Origin: Caldisericota bacterium | Lineage (GTDB): Bacteria; Caldisericota; Caldisericia; UBA6126; JAGPKI01 | NCBI GenBank assembly: GCA_052034135.1 | Contig: JBPOJC010000005.1 | Span: forward strand, 76-64,075 | DNA length: 64,000 bases | Direction: 5' to 3' | Shown here: positions 60,886 through 64,000 of the stretch, piece by piece | Layout: every line of letters starts with the position of its first letter | Position numbering within the stretch: the first letter of the stretch is position 1 | The notes under the pieces: model-generated | Told to the model about the DNA's origin: nothing | Database searches by the model: none | The model's input: only the letters and a program-made list of their open reading frames with translations | Translations under genes and position numbers: made by a program

Positions 60886-62364
60886 TTAAACTTTTACACT
60901 GTCAACAGCTATACTTTCAAGAAATTTTTCATTTGAAGGGGTTTCACTTGCCCATTTGATTAATCTTTCTAAAGCCTCTGCAGAATCTAAGTTCGATAGG
61001 AATCTCCTTAAAGTCCAGATACGTTTAAGTTCATCATCGGAATAGAGAAGTTCTTCTCTACGAGTTCCGGATCTCTTAATATCAACTGCTGGGTAAAGCC
61101 TTCTTTCGGCTAACTTTCTGTCAAGCACTAACTCCATATTTCCTGTTCCTTTAAATTCTTCATAGATAATTTCATCCATTTTTGAACCCGTTTCAATTAA
61201 AGCTGTTGCTATAATCGTTAAACTACCACCACCATCTATATTTCTTGCAGCTCCAAGAACTTTTTTAGGTCCATGGATTGCAGCAGTATCAAGTCCTCCA
61301 GTTAATGTTCTACCTGTTGGAGTGACAGAAAGGTTATAGGCTCTTGTAAGCCTTGTAATGCCATCCAGTAGTATAACAACATCTTTTTTCAATTCCACCA
61401 GTCTTTTTGCTCTTTCGACAGCAAGTTCAACCACTCTTATATGGTTTTCTGGCAATTGGTCAAAAGTGGATGATAAAACTTCAGCTTTTACTGATCTTTG
61501 CATATCGGTAACTTCTTCTGGTCGTTCATCAATAAGAAGAATCATTAATGTGACTTCAGGATGGTTAATTGAAATACTTTGCGCTAACCTTTTAATTATG
61601 GTTGTTTTTCCAGCCTTAGGTGGAGAAACTATTAATCCTCTTTGTCCTTTACCCAAAGGTGTAATTAAATCGATAATTCTTATTGTTAAATTAGAAACAA
61701 ATTCAGATTCAAGCCTGAATCGTGAAAGCGGAAATATTGGAGTAAGGTTTTCAAATTTAGGGCGGGATTTTATCTCCTCAAGGCTTAAATTGTTAACCTT
61801 TTCAATTTTAAGTAAAGCAGGGTATTTCTCGTTACTTTGCGTTGGCAACCTGACTATACCATCAATTTCATCTCCCTCTCTTAAGCCAAATTTCTTTATC
61901 TGTGAAGGTGCTACGTAAATATCGGATGAGGTTGGTACATATTTACTAGACCTTAAAAAACCATATCCATCTGGATGAATATCTAAAATGCCATGACCTC
62001 TTGCAGTAGGAAATTTTGATAAAATTTCCTCTTTCGTAAATTTTGTTTCTTCATGATTTTTCTCTGTTTCAACTTTTGTTGATATTTCCTGGGTTTTTGC
62101 TGCTTCCTGGATTGGTTTAGTCTCATAAATTTCCTCTTTTACTTTTTTTGTCCTACCTCTTTTTTTAGGAGTTTTAACAGTTTCCTCTTTCGTGGGAGTT
62201 TCTTCTTTTGACTTGTTTTCGTAAGATTTAAGAATGAGTTCTATTAATTCATTCTTTTTATAGATCGTATATCGCTTAATTTTTTGTTTTTTTGCGACAT
62301 CGTAAAGATCTCTTGCACGGAACTTTTCTAATTCTTCCCTTGTATATTTTTTTTGATTTTCCAA
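60886..62364 (-). CDS. rho: Transcription termination factor Rho (with a lysine/glutamate-rich N-terminal insertion)
   Basis: A CSD-like RNA-binding region is present. The Walker A of the RecA-like ATPase core is 'PPKAGKTT'. The length is 492 aa. Confidence 0.85.
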   Translation of the reverse strand: MENQKKYTREELEKFRARDLYDVAKKQKIKRYTIYKKNELIELILKSYENKSKEETPTKEETVKTPKKRGRTKKVKEEIYETKPIQEAAKTQEISTKVETEKNHEETKFTKEEILSKFPTARGHGILDIHPDGYGFLRSSKYVPTSSDIYVAPSQIKKFGLREGDEIDGIVRLPTQSNEKYPALLKIEKVNNLSLEEIKSRPKFENLTPIFPLSRFRLESEFVSNLTIRIIDLITPLGKGQRGLIVSPPKAGKTTIIKRLAQSISINHPEVTLMILLIDERPEEVTDMQRSVKAEVLSSTFDQLPENHIRVVELAVERAKRLVELKKDVVILLDGITRLTRAYNLSVTPTGRTLTGGLDTAAIHGPKKVLGAARNIDGGGSLTIIATALIETGSKMDEIIYEEFKGTGNMELVLDRKLAERRLYPAVDIKRSGTRREELLYSDDELKRIWTLRRFLSNLDSAEALERLIKWASETPSNEKFLESIAVDSVKV

Positions 62365-62403
62365 AATCCATTCCTCCTTAATTTTTAATGTTACTATTTA
62401 AAT

Positions 62404-62799
62404 TTATTTTTTAAAAGAAAGGTTGCATAATTCATCTGCTCTTTTATTCTCTTCTCTTGGGATATGAATCACTATTAAAGATGAAAAATTTTTACTAATT
62501 TCTTGTATTCTATCATAAAGAGCTTTAATTTTAGCATCTTTAACTTTATAAATGCCATTTAATTGTTTTACAAGTAGCTCACTATCGCTATATATAATCA
62601 CCTCTTTTTTGTCCGAAAAGTTTTTAACAATATCTTCTAAAGCGTTAATAAGTGCTGTGTATTCAGCAACATTATTTGTAGTCCTTCCAATGAGAGAATA
62701 CTTTTCTACTATTGTTTTGTTCCCTTCTTTTATTATGTATGCGTAACTTGCTTCCCCTGGGTTACCACGAGAGGCACCATCTATGTAAACTTCAAGCAT
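62404..62799 (-). CDS. rnhA: Ribonuclease HI-family protein
   Basis: The RNase H fold motifs 'VYIDGASRGNPG', 'NNVAEYTALI' and 'YSDSELLV' are present in a 131-aa protein. Confidence 0.7.
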   Translation of the reverse strand: MLEVYIDGASRGNPGEASYAYIIKEGNKTIVEKYSLIGRTTNNVAEYTALINALEDIVKNFSDKKEVIIYSDSELLVKQLNGIYKVKDAKIKALYDRIQEISKNFSSLIVIHIPREENKRADELCNLSFKK

Positions 62800-63512
62800 T
62801 ATTCAGACAGAAAAAGTATTCTACCACAATTTTCACAACATATAAGCATATTTGGATCTTTTTTAAGTTTTTGAATAATACTCAACGGTATACTCGACTT
62901 ACATACTCCACAAACATTACCTGAAACCACAGAGACAGATTTCCCCTGTCCAAGCAGCAATGATCTATCAAAAGCTTCAAGGTATTCAGGATTTATATCA
63001 TCTCTTAACATTTTACGACGAAGGTCAATTTCTTCAAGTATCTTTTTTGTTTCATTTTGTTCTTTATTAAATTCATCTTCCTTTTTCTTTAAATCTAACT
63101 CAACGTTTTTAAAGATTTCATCAAAACTATCTAACTTTTTTTTGAGTTCTTCCACTTCATCCATATAGATTAATACTGTTTCTTCGGATTTATCTTTTTT
63201 ATTTTTTAGCTCTTTGATTTTATTTTCAAGCTCTGCTAAAAATTTAGGGTTGGTAGATTTATTAGAGAAAAGCTCATTCTCGTATTTTTTAATATTATCT
63301 TCTAAAGTGCTAAGGTTAAGTTCTTCATCTTGGAGATATTTTTTCTTCTCAGTGAGCTCTTTTACTAATTCGCCTCTTTCTGATTGTAGATAATCGAATT
63401 TAGTTTTAATCTCTGAGAAATTTTTAAAGCTTTCTTTGGAAGCTTTTTTAATTTCTACTTCTTTATCTTGAAGCAACTGCAAATCATACAACAACTTTAT
63501 GTCATCGCTCAT
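62799..63512 (-). CDS. Coiled-coil protein with a C-terminal C4 zinc ribbon (COG1579-like)
   Basis: A long heptad-rich region is followed by 'CGVCKSSIP...CCENCGRILF'. It is adjacent to the RNase H gene, as is typical for this family. Confidence 0.6.
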   Translation of the reverse strand: MSDDIKLLYDLQLLQDKEVEIKKASKESFKNFSEIKTKFDYLQSERGELVKELTEKKKYLQDEELNLSTLEDNIKKYENELFSNKSTNPKFLAELENKIKELKNKKDKSEETVLIYMDEVEELKKKLDSFDEIFKNVELDLKKKEDEFNKEQNETKKILEEIDLRRKMLRDDINPEYLEAFDRSLLLGQGKSVSVVSGNVCGVCKSSIPLSIIQKLKKDPNMLICCENCGRILFLSE

Positions 63513-63562
63513 TTTTTCATTTTAACACTGTATTATTGGGTTCCAAAACTTAAAGGTCAAAC

Positions 63563-63635
63563 TGGGCCCTGAAGGACTCGAACCTCCGACTTGCTGGTTA
63601 TGAGCCAGCCGCTCTACCGACTGAGCTAAGGGCCC
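63563..63635 (-). tRNA. tRNA with anticodon CAU (Met, or Ile2 if lysidinylated)
   Basis: The reverse complement folds as GGGCCCU-UA-GCUC..GAGC, then the anticodon arm CUGGC-UCAUAAC-CAGC... (anticodon CAU), then the T-arm GGAGG-UUCGAGU-CCUUC, then AGGGCCC-A. The length is 73 nt. Confidence 0.8.
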
Positions 63636-63905
63636 CTGCTAATAAAGCCTCCTAAATAATTTGTATAAAGTAATAAAGTGTAAATTAATCGATTAATCAG
63701 GAAAATATTAAACACAAATAAAAAAAAGTCAAGCTTGCGGTTTAGTCTAAATTATTTCACTCTAAATCGTTTTATTTTATCTCGAAAATATTATTCTTTT
63801 TATAACTATTGCTTCTCTTGCTTTTCCAAGCAATTACAGTTATAAAAATACAATATGTTTTTTCATGAAAATAAGAATTCAGAATACAGAATGTATGAAA
63901 AAATA

Positions 63906-63938
63906 TGGATCCCCGATAAAAGATTTCGGGGATGACAG
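63906..63938. repeat. Inverted-orientation copy of the GTCATCCCCGAA hairpin element, with further related GC-rich units continuing to the window end
   Basis: 'TGGATCCCCGATAAAAGATTTCGGGGATGACAG' is the reverse complement of the 6889-6920 unit. 'TTCGAGGATGACA' downstream is the reverse complement of 7374-7386. The overlapping ORF 63772-63996 is probably spurious. Confidence 0.8.
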
Positions 63939-64000
63939 TATGGTGGAGTTCGAGGATGACATTTTGGTGCCTTTGAATGACCCCTCTCTCTGTCACCCTG

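Noticed and set aside
61358-61918. 186-aa plus-strand ORF inside rho
   Set aside because: It is antisense to a well-supported essential gene. Its Ser/Leu-rich composition is typical of shadow ORFs.
63772-63996. 74-aa minus-strand ORF at the window end
   Set aside because: It overlaps the inverted hairpin repeat and an AT-rich spacer. No RBS or coding signal is present.

Overview
This is an AT-rich bacterial chromosomal segment, apparently from an anaerobe, with 60-plus mostly housekeeping genes. The main exception is a tightly coupled seven-gene type III-B-like CRISPR-Cas effector operon at 9.9-18.5 kb, which I call as cmr1, a Cmr6-like RAMP, a Cas10-like large subunit, cmr4, cmr5 and a Cmr3-like RAMP. 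An AbiE-type toxin-antitoxin module is embedded in it: an AbiEi antitoxin gene, then a 1227-aa protein joining an AbiEii nucleotidyltransferase domain to an HD domain and a Cas10-like body. I see no CRISPR array, cas6, cas1/cas2 or CARF effector anywhere in the 64 kb, and no canonical GGDD cyclase motif in the Cas10 part. That combination is the candidate undescribed system. Upstream of it lies a 3-kb gene-poor region carrying a mosaic of GC-rich small repeat families. These include a hairpin element, a roughly 40-bp unit and a tandem 42-mer, and they recur at about 39 kb, 53.3 kb and in inverted orientation at the window end. The window opens with a heterodisulfide-reductase/Flx-like cluster followed by sufC and a sufB/D-family gene. 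The rest includes lgt, hutU, tyrS, htrA, a buk-ptb-buk cluster, a histidine kinase, tRNA-Arg and a partial cell-division cluster (ftsZ, yggS, sepF). Further along are an ECF sigma factor with a candidate anti-sigma, guaB, clpC, mscL, a peroxiredoxin, tsaC, plsY, prmC, prfA, rho, rnhA and tRNA-Met.
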